In this document: positions 37,819 through 48,091 of the stretch, piece by piece
Layout of the letters: every line of letters starts with the position of its first letter
Position numbering within the stretch: position 1 is the first letter of the stretch
NCBI GenBank assembly: GCA_964012805.1
Contig: CAXGUD010000006.1
Span: forward strand, 32,001-96,000
From: an uncultured Bacteriovoracaceae bacterium
Lineage (GTDB): Bacteria > Bdellovibrionota > Bacteriovoracia > Bacteriovoracales > Bacteriovoracaceae
DNA: 64,000 nt
Reading direction: 5' to 3'
Translations under genes and position numbers: made by a program
Notes under the pieces: generated by a model
The model's database searches: none
Told to the model about the DNA's origin: nothing
The model's input: the letters and a program-made list of their open reading frames with translations, nothing else

Positions 37819-40575
37819 ATGGGTATTAATGATCATCTCACTAGGTTTAAGCAGAGTTTAACCCTTCCAATTTTTTTGGTTTTGCTCAGTTTACTTTTCA
37901 TTTTTGAAGCAAAGTCTAAACCTTCACTGTTAATTAAAGATGGAGTTTTAGATGCAGGTCGAATTTCTTTTGATAGTAACACCTCAGCATCTTTAAAAGG
38001 GAAGTGGTTTTTTTATTGGGATAATTGGGTTCCTGCTGATTCTTTTAGAAATGAGATACCCGAGAATCCATCCTTAATGAACGTTAGTAGTAATTGGCAT
38101 CATTTTAAAGATCCAAAAACGGGGAAAGATGTTGGGCCTTTTGGTAAAGCGACCTATGCATTAAAGGTAAAAGATATTTTAAAAGGAAGCTCTTTTTCTC
38201 TTTATATTAGAAGTCTTTCCAGTTCCTACAAATTGTATATTGTGGATAAGAATGGGGTTCGTTTATGGGAGAATGTAGGAGCTGCTGGAACAAAAAAAGG
38301 TTTATCTATTCCTTGGTGGGAGCCTAGAGTTTTTGACCTTGGAGAATTCGATTCTGACTTCACAATCGTTATTCACCTTTCTAATTTTCACTATCCAAAA
38401 GGAGGAATGTGGAATATTCCTGAATTAGGCTTAACAAAAAAGATAAGAAATGATTTTCAGTGGCGTCTTATGAGAGACTTTTTTTTAATGGGAATCATTT
38501 TTATCATGGGGCTTTATCACTTGATCCTTTTTTCTTTGAGGCCTAATGATAAGCCGAAACTATGGTTTGGACTTTTCTGTATGACAATGTTTTTGAGGTC
38601 CTTTAGCTCAGATCTTTATGTTTTTTATTTTTCCAAACAACCAAATATTTTGTTATTTTCATGGAGCGTAACTCTTGAACATTTAACTAATTACGCAAGT
38701 ATCCTTACTTTACTTGGATTTTTTCAATCAAGTTTTCCGAACCAATTTGGAAGACCCTACCGTCTATCGTTTTATATTCTAAATATAGGGATGATTGTCT
38801 ATATTCTTTTTTCTGACCCAGTATCTATTGGTAAGACTCTTCGGATGGCGCAAGTTTTTGTTTTTGGTTTTGGAACCTTTCTCATTGTTAAATTAATTTT
38901 GGCCGGTTTAAGGGGGATTGAGAATGCTTTTTCTTATTTAGGGGCCTTGAGTGTTATGTTGTGTGCCACGATTTATGATATGATGGCCATTTCTTATATT
39001 GTTCCAAAGCTTTTTGGACTTTCTTATTTATTACCTTATGGATTAGTACTCACTATTTTTATTCAAAGCTATATCATCGCAAAAAGTTCTGCAAAAGCCT
39101 ATAAAACAGCTGAAAAACTTGGTAAAGATTTAGAAAAGGAAGTTTTAAAGAAAACAGATCAAATTGAAAGTCAGTATAAAGATTTTAAGACTCTTCTTTT
39201 TAATCTTGAGCAGGGGTTTTTAGTTTTTGATAGAAATGGACTTGTTAAGGGTGAGTCTACAAAAATCACAAAAGATATTTTCCAAATAGATCCTAAAGAT
39301 AAAAAAATGGATGAAATTTTTAGATTAGAAGGAAAGGCAAAAGAGTCTTTCGACTCATGGCTATCCCATCTATTTAGAGGAATGATTCCTTTTAAAGATC
39401 TTCTTGGGCTGGCCCCAAAGGAATTTAGTAAAATAGAAGGAAAGGCCATTTCTCTTCACTTTAGACCAATTTATGAAGAGGGGTCTAACAAAAAAATTGA
39501 GCGGGTCGTTTGTATCGCTACAGATATTACTGCCCAAAAAGAGGTAGAAGAAAGGTCTGAGTTAGAACGAGATAAAGTCATTATGATTAATAACCTTTTG
39601 GAAAGACCTCTGGAGTTTTTGGATTTAATGACTGAGTCTCAGGAAACCTTTGAAGAGCTTTCAAGAGAAGCCTTTTTAAAAGGCCCAGAATCATTATTCC
39701 GGGCGGTTCATACTTTAAAGGCCCGTTTTGCCTCTTTTAAGATTAATGATGTTGTTAAGGGAATCCATAACCTTGAGACCAATTTAGATAATTACAAAAA
39801 AAGTGGCGCTTGGGATGAGACAATGGCAAGGGTCGTTTCCGGTTCAATCAATGATATTGATTTTCAATTTAAAAAGTTTTTAAAAGAAAACAGGAAGCTT
39901 GTTGAGGTTGCTAATAATGCTATTAACTCAAGTGAAGGGGCGGAAGATTTACAAAAAGCTAAAAATGAGCTTTTAAGTTTTTACAGTAGCATTTCAAAAA
40001 ACTTGATCTTAAAAAATGTAGCGGATTCTTTTAGGAAATTTGTAGAACCAACAAAAGAATTGGCCCAAACCCAGGATAAGGTTGTTAATATTTCAATTGA
40101 AGAAACAAATATTCATATTAATCCAGAAAAATACAAAAGCTTTTTTTCTGGCCTTCTCCATGTCTTTAGAAATGCCGTTGATCACGGAATTGAATCGAGG
40201 GAAGAGAGAGAAGATAAGGGAAAGGACATTGAAGCTTCCATTAAAATATCATTTAAGGAGGAGGGAATTTCTCGTTTTTCAATTTATATAGAAGATGATG
40301 GTGGTGGCATTGACCCTAAAAAGATAAGGGAAAAAGCTTTAAATCTACCTGACTTTAAAGAACATCCAATGGTTAAGGGAGATGATTCTGAGATCATACA
40401 ATGCATTTTTGAACCGGGCTTTTCTACAAGGGACGAAGTTTCTGAAGTAAGTGGTCGGGGCGTGGGAATGGATGTTGTTAAAAAGGAAGCTTTAAAAATT
40501 GATGGCCTTATAAAAGTAGAGTCGACTTTAGGTAAAGGAACAATTTTCAAAATTGAATTGCCTATTTTGAAATAA
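37819..40575 (+). CDS. 7TM-DISM sensor / PAS / Hpt / HATPase CheA-like kinase without a CheW domain
   Basis: LKGKWFFYW ectodomain, multiple TMs, FRAVHTLK, HVFRNAVDHGIE, EDDGGGID, SGRGVGMD. Confidence 0.85.
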   Translation: MGINDHLTRFKQSLTLPIFLVLLSLLFIFEAKSKPSLLIKDGVLDAGRISFDSNTSASLKGKWFFYWDNWVPADSFRNEIPENPSLMNVSSNWHHFKDPKTGKDVGPFGKATYALKVKDILKGSSFSLYIRSLSSSYKLYIVDKNGVRLWENVGAAGTKKGLSIPWWEPRVFDLGEFDSDFTIVIHLSNFHYPKGGMWNIPELGLTKKIRNDFQWRLMRDFFLMGIIFIMGLYHLILFSLRPNDKPKLWFGLFCMTMFLRSFSSDLYVFYFSKQPNILLFSWSVTLEHLTNYASILTLLGFFQSSFPNQFGRPYRLSFYILNIGMIVYILFSDPVSIGKTLRMAQVFVFGFGTFLIVKLILAGLRGIENAFSYLGALSVMLCATIYDMMAISYIVPKLFGLSYLLPYGLVLTIFIQSYIIAKSSAKAYKTAEKLGKDLEKEVLKKTDQIESQYKDFKTLLFNLEQGFLVFDRNGLVKGESTKITKDIFQIDPKDKKMDEIFRLEGKAKESFDSWLSHLFRGMIPFKDLLGLAPKEFSKIEGKAISLHFRPIYEEGSNKKIERVVCIATDITAQKEVEERSELERDKVIMINNLLERPLEFLDLMTESQETFEELSREAFLKGPESLFRAVHTLKARFASFKINDVVKGIHNLETNLDNYKKSGAWDETMARVVSGSINDIDFQFKKFLKENRKLVEVANNAINSSEGAEDLQKAKNELLSFYSSISKNLILKNVADSFRKFVEPTKELAQTQDKVVNISIEETNIHINPEKYKSFFSGLLHVFRNAVDHGIESREEREDKGKDIEASIKISFKEEGISRFSIYIEDDGGGIDPKKIREKALNLPDFKEHPMVKGDDSEIIQCIFEPGFSTRDEVSEVSGRGVGMDVVKKEALKIDGLIKVESTLGKGTIFKIELPILK

Positions 40576-40836
40576 TTATTTTTCTTTAAAGTTATTTTGC
40601 GTTGTGGTGTGATTGAGCCCATAGTTTTACGATAAAAATTACCCTAGACCCATTGTTGTTTTTTCTGTTAAATATCAACCTATGACTTTTTTTAATTCAG
40701 AAAACCTTTCTCTTTTTTTTCTGCTTTTGTGCCCTCTTGCTGCACTGCTATTCTCTTTTTTACTTGCGCTAAAGAACTTTTAAACCTAGTTTGACCCAAA
40801 AACTGGTTCAAGTTGGTTTTTACAAAGGATAAAAAG

Positions 40837-42519
40837 GTGAGTAGGCATCATATTAAGTCACTCTTGGAGTTTTTTTGTTTTCGTATTGTCTTACTAACTT
40901 CCTTACTTTTTAGCTGTCAGACAGGTCGCCTAAGCAAACCTTTGGTCCAAAATGAAAATGCGACGAAGCCCAAAAACGTTATCCTTTTCATTGGTGATGG
41001 AATGGGCCCTCAACAACTAGGACTTCTGTTAGCTTATGCTCAAAAGGCTCCTGGGTCTTTTTACAAGGGGAGAAAAACTTCTTTTGAAAAAATAGCAGGC
41101 CACCCCTATGGAAGGATGGGGCTTATGACACATAACCCTTCTGGTGCTATTGTTATCGATTCTGCAAGTGCTGCATCTCAGATTGCAACGGGTGTTCCAA
41201 CTCTTAACGAAGTTGTGGGCCTTGATACAAAGTGGAGGCCAGTTGAAACTGTTTTAGAACAAGCTAAAAATAGTGGAAAGTCAACCGGTCTTGTTACTGA
41301 TACAAGGTTAACTCATGCAACTCCTGCTGCATTTGCTTCTCACGTTCCTCATCGAAGTCTTGAAAATGAAATTGCCAAGCAAATTGTAAACTCTAGAAAT
41401 GTCGACGTTTTATTGGGAGGTGGTTTAAGGCATTGGATTCCAAAAAGCGTAGGAAAAGACAATGAGGTTACAAAATCATTAAAGGATTTAATTGGACCTA
41501 ATAGTGAACATTTTAAACTCAAATCAAAGCGTAAAGATGAAGTGAACCTCTTGCTAAAGGCCCAAAAAGGTGGGCACGAACTGGTTTTTGATAGAGACCA
41601 ACTGGAAAAGTCTGAGGTTAAAAGCAATAAACTGTTAGGTCTTTTTTCCTATTCAGGAATGGAAAATGGCCTTTCTCATAGAATTAAAAAAAATAACCCT
41701 CAAAGAATTTTTCCAACTTTAAAAGACATGACTAAAAAGGCCTTGAATGTTTTAGAGCGAAATCCTAAAGGTTTTTTTCTTATGGTTGAAGCTGGTCAAA
41801 TTGATTGGGCCGGTCATCAAAACGATGCGGGCACAATGTTAAATGAAATGGTTAAATTTGATGAGGCCATCGCTGCTGTCTTGGAGTGGGTAAAAGGAAG
41901 AAAGGATACTGTTGTTATTGTTACGGCAGATCATGAAACAGGTTCCTTTGGCTTTAGTTATTCAAAAAGTAATGTGGTAGGCTCTAGAAAACTTCAAGAG
42001 GAGGAATATAAGAATAGCCCTTTTAAGCCAAATTTTAATTTTGGTCCCTTTTCTCTCCTCGATAGAATTTACCATCAGAAAAAGACTTTGGTTGAAATTA
42101 TAAAAGAATTTAAAGACTCTAAAAAAGGGTTGGATCACTTAATATGGCTTGTTGAGAAAAATACCTCTTTTAAAATAACCATGGAAGAGGCCCGAAAAAT
42201 TATGGAAGTTGAAGATAATAACTTCTGGGTTAAAAACCATAAATACCTAAGCAAAAAAAGAATACCAAAAGTTGAGGGTCCACTAAAGAGCTTCTACGTT
42301 TACCCAGGTGATGCCCATGCGAATAATTTAGGTCTTATGCTTTCAGAAAAGCAAAACACCGTTTGGGGGACTGGCACACATACAAACACACCTGTCCCTC
42401 TCCTATTCTTAGATACTTCAAATTCTCTCATCGGAAAAACCAAGCTTGGAAGTTTGGTATCTAATACTGACTTGGGAAAAATATTAAAAAACCTCGTTGG
42501 GAAAGAACTTAAACTTTAA
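40837..42519 (+). CDS. phoA: alkaline phosphatase (PhoA family), predicted lipoprotein
   Basis: IGDGMG, DSA nucleophile, THATPA, IDWAGHQND, TADHETG, GTHT; lipobox LFSC. The start is uncertain. Confidence 0.92.
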   Translation: MSRHHIKSLLEFFCFRIVLLTSLLFSCQTGRLSKPLVQNENATKPKNVILFIGDGMGPQQLGLLLAYAQKAPGSFYKGRKTSFEKIAGHPYGRMGLMTHNPSGAIVIDSASAASQIATGVPTLNEVVGLDTKWRPVETVLEQAKNSGKSTGLVTDTRLTHATPAAFASHVPHRSLENEIAKQIVNSRNVDVLLGGGLRHWIPKSVGKDNEVTKSLKDLIGPNSEHFKLKSKRKDEVNLLLKAQKGGHELVFDRDQLEKSEVKSNKLLGLFSYSGMENGLSHRIKKNNPQRIFPTLKDMTKKALNVLERNPKGFFLMVEAGQIDWAGHQNDAGTMLNEMVKFDEAIAAVLEWVKGRKDTVVIVTADHETGSFGFSYSKSNVVGSRKLQEEEYKNSPFKPNFNFGPFSLLDRIYHQKKTLVEIIKEFKDSKKGLDHLIWLVEKNTSFKITMEEARKIMEVEDNNFWVKNHKYLSKKRIPKVEGPLKSFYVYPGDAHANNLGLMLSEKQNTVWGTGTHTNTPVPLLFLDTSNSLIGKTKLGSLVSNTDLGKILKNLVGKELKL

Positions 42520-42577
42520 AAATCAGCACCGAAAAGAATAGAAGCCATTAATATCACAAAACTTTGAGGGTTTTTGA

Positions 42578-45500
42578 GTGAAGGCTTCTTTGCTTTTTTT
42601 TCAAATTTTTTTTGTAAAAAAGAAGGCCGCTTTTTTATGTGCCTTAATACTTTGTTTCTTTTTTCATGGTTCTGGCTTCGCTAATGATTTTTCTAAAAAA
42701 GAGAAAGAGTTTGAAAGAGGCATCCTCGACTTATCAAAAAGAAAGAATGATGGATTAAAAACAATTGACTTAAAGGGAGAATGGTCATTTTACTGGAATA
42801 AGTTTTTGGACCCAAAGTCTGTTCTTTCAGGTGCAATTCCCAAAGAAGACGGCTTTTTAAAAGTGCCAAGTTCCTGGAAAAAGAGTGAGTTTGGAAATGA
42901 ATTGATGGCACCAAAAGGTTTTGGCAGCTATCTTCTTCGTGTAAAAGGTGTCCCTCAAAAAATGGCCCTTTATTTTTATCCAGGGCGGGTTAAGCAAACA
43001 TCTAAAGTTTTTCTTATTCAAGGGGGGCGAGCGGACGTTATTTTTGAAGCTGGAATTCCTGGTAATAAAGTGGACAAAGAATTACCACAGCTTTTGTCAA
43101 CGAAGAAGCAAAAAGTCGTTTTAGAAAAAGGTGATTTCACTCTTTTGATTCACGCCTCGAACTTCGGATATAGAGATGGTGGGGTGGCGATAGCTCCAAG
43201 GTTTTACTCTAAATCCAATATTAAGATGGATTATTTTAAAATGTTCTCTTCAGGAATGCTTCTCATTATGGTGCTCTACCATTTTGGACTTTTCTTGAAA
43301 AGAAGAGGGGATAAGGCCGCTCTTTATTTTTCCTTGATCTGCCTTTTTATGTTTTTTAGGCATACGATTATAAATGACCACCAATACTTTTTTATGGCAC
43401 CTTCTTATTGGGCCCACCAAATATCAGTTAAGTTGGAGTTTTTGGGTCTTTCATTGACTCCTTTTCTTTTTGCAGGTTTTTTAAAAGAAATTTTTACGGG
43501 GAGTTTTCAAAAGTTTTTTAAAATTTCTTTTGTCTTTTCAATTCTTCTCTCTTTGATTGTTGTCGTTTTTCCCGCTTCTGTTTTTACTAAAATGCCTTTT
43601 CTTATTCCCATGCAAATAAATGCCTTAGGAACGATTTTATTTGGAATCATACGTTTTGTGATACTCCACTTTAAAAAAGATAAGTTTGCTGGTTATTGCT
43701 TAATTTCAATGGGGATTTGGTTTTTTACTGTATTAATGGATGTCTTAATCATTTTTAACGTAATTAATCTCGAAATTAAATTAACCCAATTTGGTTTTCT
43801 TTTTTGGATTTTATCCCAAAGTTATATCCTCTCGGTAAAGTTTTCAAATGCTTATGAAACAGCAGAGAGGCTTTCTAAAGATCTGCAAAAAGAAGTTAAA
43901 AAGCAGACCAAGCAAGCTCATGAAGCAAGAGAAAGAGCTGAAAAGTCTGAAAAAGAAGTCGCAGGCCTCATGGACAATATGAGGCAATCTGTTTTCTGTA
44001 TCGGTCGTGAGAAGGAGGTAATTGCACCTGTCTCTTTTTATTCTGAAACTCTTTTTGGTCAAAAAATTATAGGTAAGTCTATTTATGATGTTCTTTATAA
44101 GGGGATGGACCGAAGAAAAGAGTCCTTTGGTGGTCTTGAGATGGCCTTGTCGGTTATCTTTGGGGCTGACGACCTCCAATTTGACCTTTTAAAAGACCAA
44201 TTACCCACGAGGCTCATTGTAAATACAGAAAGTAAAAAAACAGAAAAGGGTGAAAATAAAGTTTTAAAGATTAGTAATAACCCGATTTTTGATAATGAGG
44301 GCAGCCTTTTAAAGCTTATGTATGTCGTAGAAGACATCTCGGATGTGGAGGCCCTTGAACAAAAAATGAAAGAACAGAAAGAGGAAGTTTCTAAAAAAGC
44401 CGGTGTAATTCAAGAACTCGCAGGAAATAAAAAAGAGGACCTTCAGAACTTTTTTGATGATAGTTACGAGCTTCTCCAACTCTCTATTGATGAATTAAAA
44501 AGAATGAGAAGCGAGCAACTTGAAGGAGAGTCAGGTCAAAAGTCTTTAGATATAATTTTTAGAAACTGCCATACTTTAAAAGGAAACTCTCGAATTTTTG
44601 GCCTTTCTCTTATTTCTAAAAAGTCCCACGAGGTAGAAGGTGTTTTAGAAGTTTTTCAAAAAGAAGAGGAGGTAAAAGATGTTTTAGAGAACTCCTTAAA
44701 ATCTCTTTATGATCTTAGGGGGCAGGTCTCCGAGTATTTTATGGTATCACGAGATCTTTTTGGAGTGGAATCTCAAGATGAAATACGCTTTAAAAATGAA
44801 ATACATGAACTTATGCTCGATTTTGAATATTGGATCGCTCAAATTTATTTCCAATCAAGAAATACTGGTTATGAACCTGAGGGGATAAAGGATTTATGGA
44901 AAAAGCTTGTTGACTTGGATGAAGATATAAGAGAGCAGATTCTTTCATCCTTAGTTAGAGTTTTACACGGTCTTAAAGGATTGAGTAGGGCCTTAAATTT
45001 AAAGTCTTTAAGTGAATCAATTCACCAATTGGAAGGTGTCATTTACGACTTTTCCCCAAGTATTGATAAAGAAGATGAGAGTACTCATGAACGATTGGAG
45101 TCAGCTTATAATGAGGTCATAAATTTGGCCAGGAACCTTTATTTAAAGTCAGTGGATTTTAAACCTCTCGTATTAGCCTCTGATCAGTGGACGGAGCTAA
45201 TTTCAGAATTTATTCAAATAGCTTCTTTATATTTTAATGGCAGATCTGAAGACCAAAAGTCCATAATAAATAGAATTTACCTTTTTAATACAAGGGCTTC
45301 CAACTTTAGATTTCATTTTTCCCCATCTATTATTAGGTCCGTGTATGATTTTTTTGGAGGGAGTTCAGACTCTGAAAAAAATAAGATAAAGAGGGCTTTT
45401 AATAGCATATGGCTTTATTTAAAGTGGATCATTCAAATTGATATTGAAAAAAGTGTAGATTTTCAATTAAGAGATACGCTTATCTCCTATTTTGATGAAG

Positions 45501-46639
45501 ATAAAGACCATTTGAAAAGAAGTGAGATCATAAAAAAGATCCGTTTGAGAAGCGATACTCAGAACGGTCCCATTCTTTTTACGATATTTGAAAAAATTAA
45601 TAATCAAGAAAATTTTCTTATGGAGGATTTTCTCCTTGTTTTAGAAAAATTAGAAGCCTCTGATGACAAAGACTTTAAAGGACGAGAATTGTTGGAAAGG
45701 TTAATACCAAAACAAGATTCGAAGTCGTCTTTAGGTGAACTTTTTCTTGGTCTAAAAAACCTTTTTAACTATGAAAACTTTGAGTTAATAACTTCCAACA
45801 ATCAAATTCAAGGAGAAAGCATAGAGACTTTAAAGGAAATCATTAATTCAAGACATTTAAATATTTTTCCTTATCTTCAAAGTTTAGATTTTATGAGAGT
45901 TTTAAGAAGTTATGTTTATTTGGATGAGGATAGTGAACAGAGTAGAAAACCAAATACAGTAGATGTTTTAATGGAGAATTTTGAAGGACTCAAATCTCAT
46001 CTAAAAGATAGATGGGATGATGGGGAGATACCTAACTGGGACGAAATGGATAAATTCTTAAAACATCTTGAAGACATACCAGTTAAGTATTCTTTAAGAA
46101 AGCTTGGTTCAATGGCAACAGAAATGGGTAAAGGTTTAGGTAAAAAGGTTAAGTTCGTTATGAAAGGTGATCAAGCTTCCCTACCTAAAGAAAAGTTAAC
46201 AATTTTAAAGGATGGAATTATACATTTGGTGAGAAACTCTATTGATCATGGTATTGAAGCACCAGAGATTCGAAAAAGTTTAGGTAAGGATGTTTTTGGA
46301 AAACTCGAGGTAACACTATCAAAAGAGAAATCAGGGGGGCTTTCATTAAGCATATCTGATGATGGTGGCGGTATCAAATTTGATAAAGTCTTAGATAAAG
46401 CCATTGAGCGCGGTATTATAAAGAACGCTGAAAAAGCAAGTTTAAGTTACCAAGACAAAGTCAATCTTATCTTTGAACCTCGACTAAGCACAAAAGAAAA
46501 ATTGACAGATATATCGGGAAGAGGAATTGGAATGGACGTCGTCAAGAAAAATATTAAAAGCCTTGGAGGTTCAATCGAGGTTATCACTGAGCTTAATAAA
46601 GGTACAAACTTTATTATACGTCTTGAAAAAATTGAATAA
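42578..46639 (+). CDS. 7TM-DISM sensor / double-Hpt / HATPase CheA-like kinase without a CheW domain
   Basis: LKGEWSFYW, TMs, FRNCHTLKG and VRVLHGLKG, HLVRNSIDHGIE, SGRGIGMD. Confidence 0.85.
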   Translation: MKASLLFFQIFFVKKKAAFLCALILCFFFHGSGFANDFSKKEKEFERGILDLSKRKNDGLKTIDLKGEWSFYWNKFLDPKSVLSGAIPKEDGFLKVPSSWKKSEFGNELMAPKGFGSYLLRVKGVPQKMALYFYPGRVKQTSKVFLIQGGRADVIFEAGIPGNKVDKELPQLLSTKKQKVVLEKGDFTLLIHASNFGYRDGGVAIAPRFYSKSNIKMDYFKMFSSGMLLIMVLYHFGLFLKRRGDKAALYFSLICLFMFFRHTIINDHQYFFMAPSYWAHQISVKLEFLGLSLTPFLFAGFLKEIFTGSFQKFFKISFVFSILLSLIVVVFPASVFTKMPFLIPMQINALGTILFGIIRFVILHFKKDKFAGYCLISMGIWFFTVLMDVLIIFNVINLEIKLTQFGFLFWILSQSYILSVKFSNAYETAERLSKDLQKEVKKQTKQAHEARERAEKSEKEVAGLMDNMRQSVFCIGREKEVIAPVSFYSETLFGQKIIGKSIYDVLYKGMDRRKESFGGLEMALSVIFGADDLQFDLLKDQLPTRLIVNTESKKTEKGENKVLKISNNPIFDNEGSLLKLMYVVEDISDVEALEQKMKEQKEEVSKKAGVIQELAGNKKEDLQNFFDDSYELLQLSIDELKRMRSEQLEGESGQKSLDIIFRNCHTLKGNSRIFGLSLISKKSHEVEGVLEVFQKEEEVKDVLENSLKSLYDLRGQVSEYFMVSRDLFGVESQDEIRFKNEIHELMLDFEYWIAQIYFQSRNTGYEPEGIKDLWKKLVDLDEDIREQILSSLVRVLHGLKGLSRALNLKSLSESIHQLEGVIYDFSPSIDKEDESTHERLESAYNEVINLARNLYLKSVDFKPLVLASDQWTELISEFIQIASLYFNGRSEDQKSIINRIYLFNTRASNFRFHFSPSIIRSVYDFFGGSSDSEKNKIKRAFNSIWLYLKWIIQIDIEKSVDFQLRDTLISYFDEDKDHLKRSEIIKKIRLRSDTQNGPILFTIFEKINNQENFLMEDFLLVLEKLEASDDKDFKGRELLERLIPKQDSKSSLGELFLGLKNLFNYENFELITSNNQIQGESIETLKEIINSRHLNIFPYLQSLDFMRVLRSYVYLDEDSEQSRKPNTVDVLMENFEGLKSHLKDRWDDGEIPNWDEMDKFLKHLEDIPVKYSLRKLGSMATEMGKGLGKKVKFVMKGDQASLPKEKLTILKDGIIHLVRNSIDHGIEAPEIRKSLGKDVFGKLEVTLSKEKSGGLSLSISDDGGGIKFDKVLDKAIERGIIKNAEKASLSYQDKVNLIFEPRLSTKEKLTDISGRGIGMDVVKKNIKSLGGSIEVITELNKGTNFIIRLEKIE

Positions 46640-46716
46640 TCAATCATCACTGCTTTTTTTCTTGCTATATTTTTTTCTTAAAGTTTAAACTCTTGTTAAA
46701 AAACAGGAGTAAGCTT

Positions 46717-47967
46717 ATGAGAAGACTTTTTTTAAAAAAAATATTTTTTATATTAGGATTCACTTTTTTGGTTTTTCCTTTTTGGGGGTCTTCAACTCTT
46801 CCTCTTGTAAAAAAAGGTGAAGGTCATTTCCCAACAAGCCTCCTTCTAAGAGCAGACCTACATAAAGGTTTTCAGTTTCCAAACATGTCAACCATGAGGA
46901 ACTCTCACACTGCCCAAAATGATTCTGGAGATTATGCTTTTTCTTTTATGACTTTTATAAAAGGAAAGTGGCTTTCAGCTTTGTGGTACAAGGGAAGTGA
47001 TCAGAAGAAAGGAATGATTCTCTATACCGCTACAGAGGATACGATCCTAAGTGATCCCTCTATAAATCAAAAAGGTGACGTGGTTTTTAGTGAGTTTGGC
47101 CTGTCTGGAACAAAGAATGTCTTTGTCTATAGTAAGAAAACCAAGTCCCTCTCACGACCGTTAAAAAATTATGTGGACATTATTCAAAGAGGTTCTCATT
47201 TTCAAATCAACGATGAAGGATTCATCCTCTTTAGGAGCAATAAGTCAAATGATGGCCAATCAATTTATTGCTTAGGAGAAGACCATTTAATCGAAAAGCT
47301 TTCTCAGAGAAAAGAACAAGGTCTAAGCTATCTTTTTGGCCCAAAGCTTGTTGGAGTAAAAGGCTTCTTAGTTAAGGTGAGAGAAGGTGGGCCAGGAGAG
47401 TGGGAAGAAAAGCGTCCGGACTCTCTCCGCTTTTACTCTTTTGAAGGAATTGATAAAGGACCTCTTGTCCTCCACAAGGATACTGACATCGATTCAGCCT
47501 CCCTTTTTAAGCGGTTTGATAACTCAATGGCCGCTTCTTCTGATGGACAATGGATGGCCTTTATTGCTTATTTAAAAGATGGAAAAAGGGCGCTTGTAAG
47601 GCAAAAGTTTGAAGGGACTTTCACTATTATTTCAAAAGAGGGGGCCCATGGAGTTAAGAAAATTGAGTTTTTCTCTCCGAGTATAAATGACTTGGGGCAC
47701 GTCGTTTTTAGGGGGATTGGTGATAACGGTAAGCGCCATATTTACCTTGCGGGGACCAATTCAATGAGGATCCTTCTGTCTGAAAATCAGAAAATCTCTT
47801 TGGATCAAGGGGAGGGAGTTATCTTTGCTCCCGAAGGACCGAGTTTTGGTGGGCAAGCAACTCTTAATAACAAAAATCAAGTCCTTGTAAGGGGAAGAGT
47901 CTTTAAAATCAAAGGGCAAGTTGACCTGGGCCAGGCCCTTTTCCGAGTTCAAGGACCTAAGGATTAA
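46717..47967 (+). CDS. secreted protein with NxxGxx(A/V)F repeats (probable beta-propeller)
   Basis: Repeats QNDSGDYAF, INQKGDVVF, INDEGFILF, INDLGHVVF; N-terminal signal. Confidence 0.65.
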   Translation: MRRLFLKKIFFILGFTFLVFPFWGSSTLPLVKKGEGHFPTSLLLRADLHKGFQFPNMSTMRNSHTAQNDSGDYAFSFMTFIKGKWLSALWYKGSDQKKGMILYTATEDTILSDPSINQKGDVVFSEFGLSGTKNVFVYSKKTKSLSRPLKNYVDIIQRGSHFQINDEGFILFRSNKSNDGQSIYCLGEDHLIEKLSQRKEQGLSYLFGPKLVGVKGFLVKVREGGPGEWEEKRPDSLRFYSFEGIDKGPLVLHKDTDIDSASLFKRFDNSMAASSDGQWMAFIAYLKDGKRALVRQKFEGTFTIISKEGAHGVKKIEFFSPSINDLGHVVFRGIGDNGKRHIYLAGTNSMRILLSENQKISLDQGEGVIFAPEGPSFGGQATLNNKNQVLVRGRVFKIKGQVDLGQALFRVQGPKD

Positions 47968-48033
47968 TTTCATAATTGATAAAAAAATTTTGTGAGATAA
48001 ACCTCCTGTTTTGTGTAAATTATATAAAAGAAT

Positions 48034-48063
48034 AAAAAAAGGGAGCTGTCGCTCCCTTTTTTT
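48034..48063. terminator. bidirectional intrinsic terminator
   Basis: A7-GGGAGC-TGTC-GCTCCC-T7 between convergent genes. Confidence 0.9.
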
Positions 48064-48091
48064 CATGGTCATTTTTAATAAATTGCTATCT

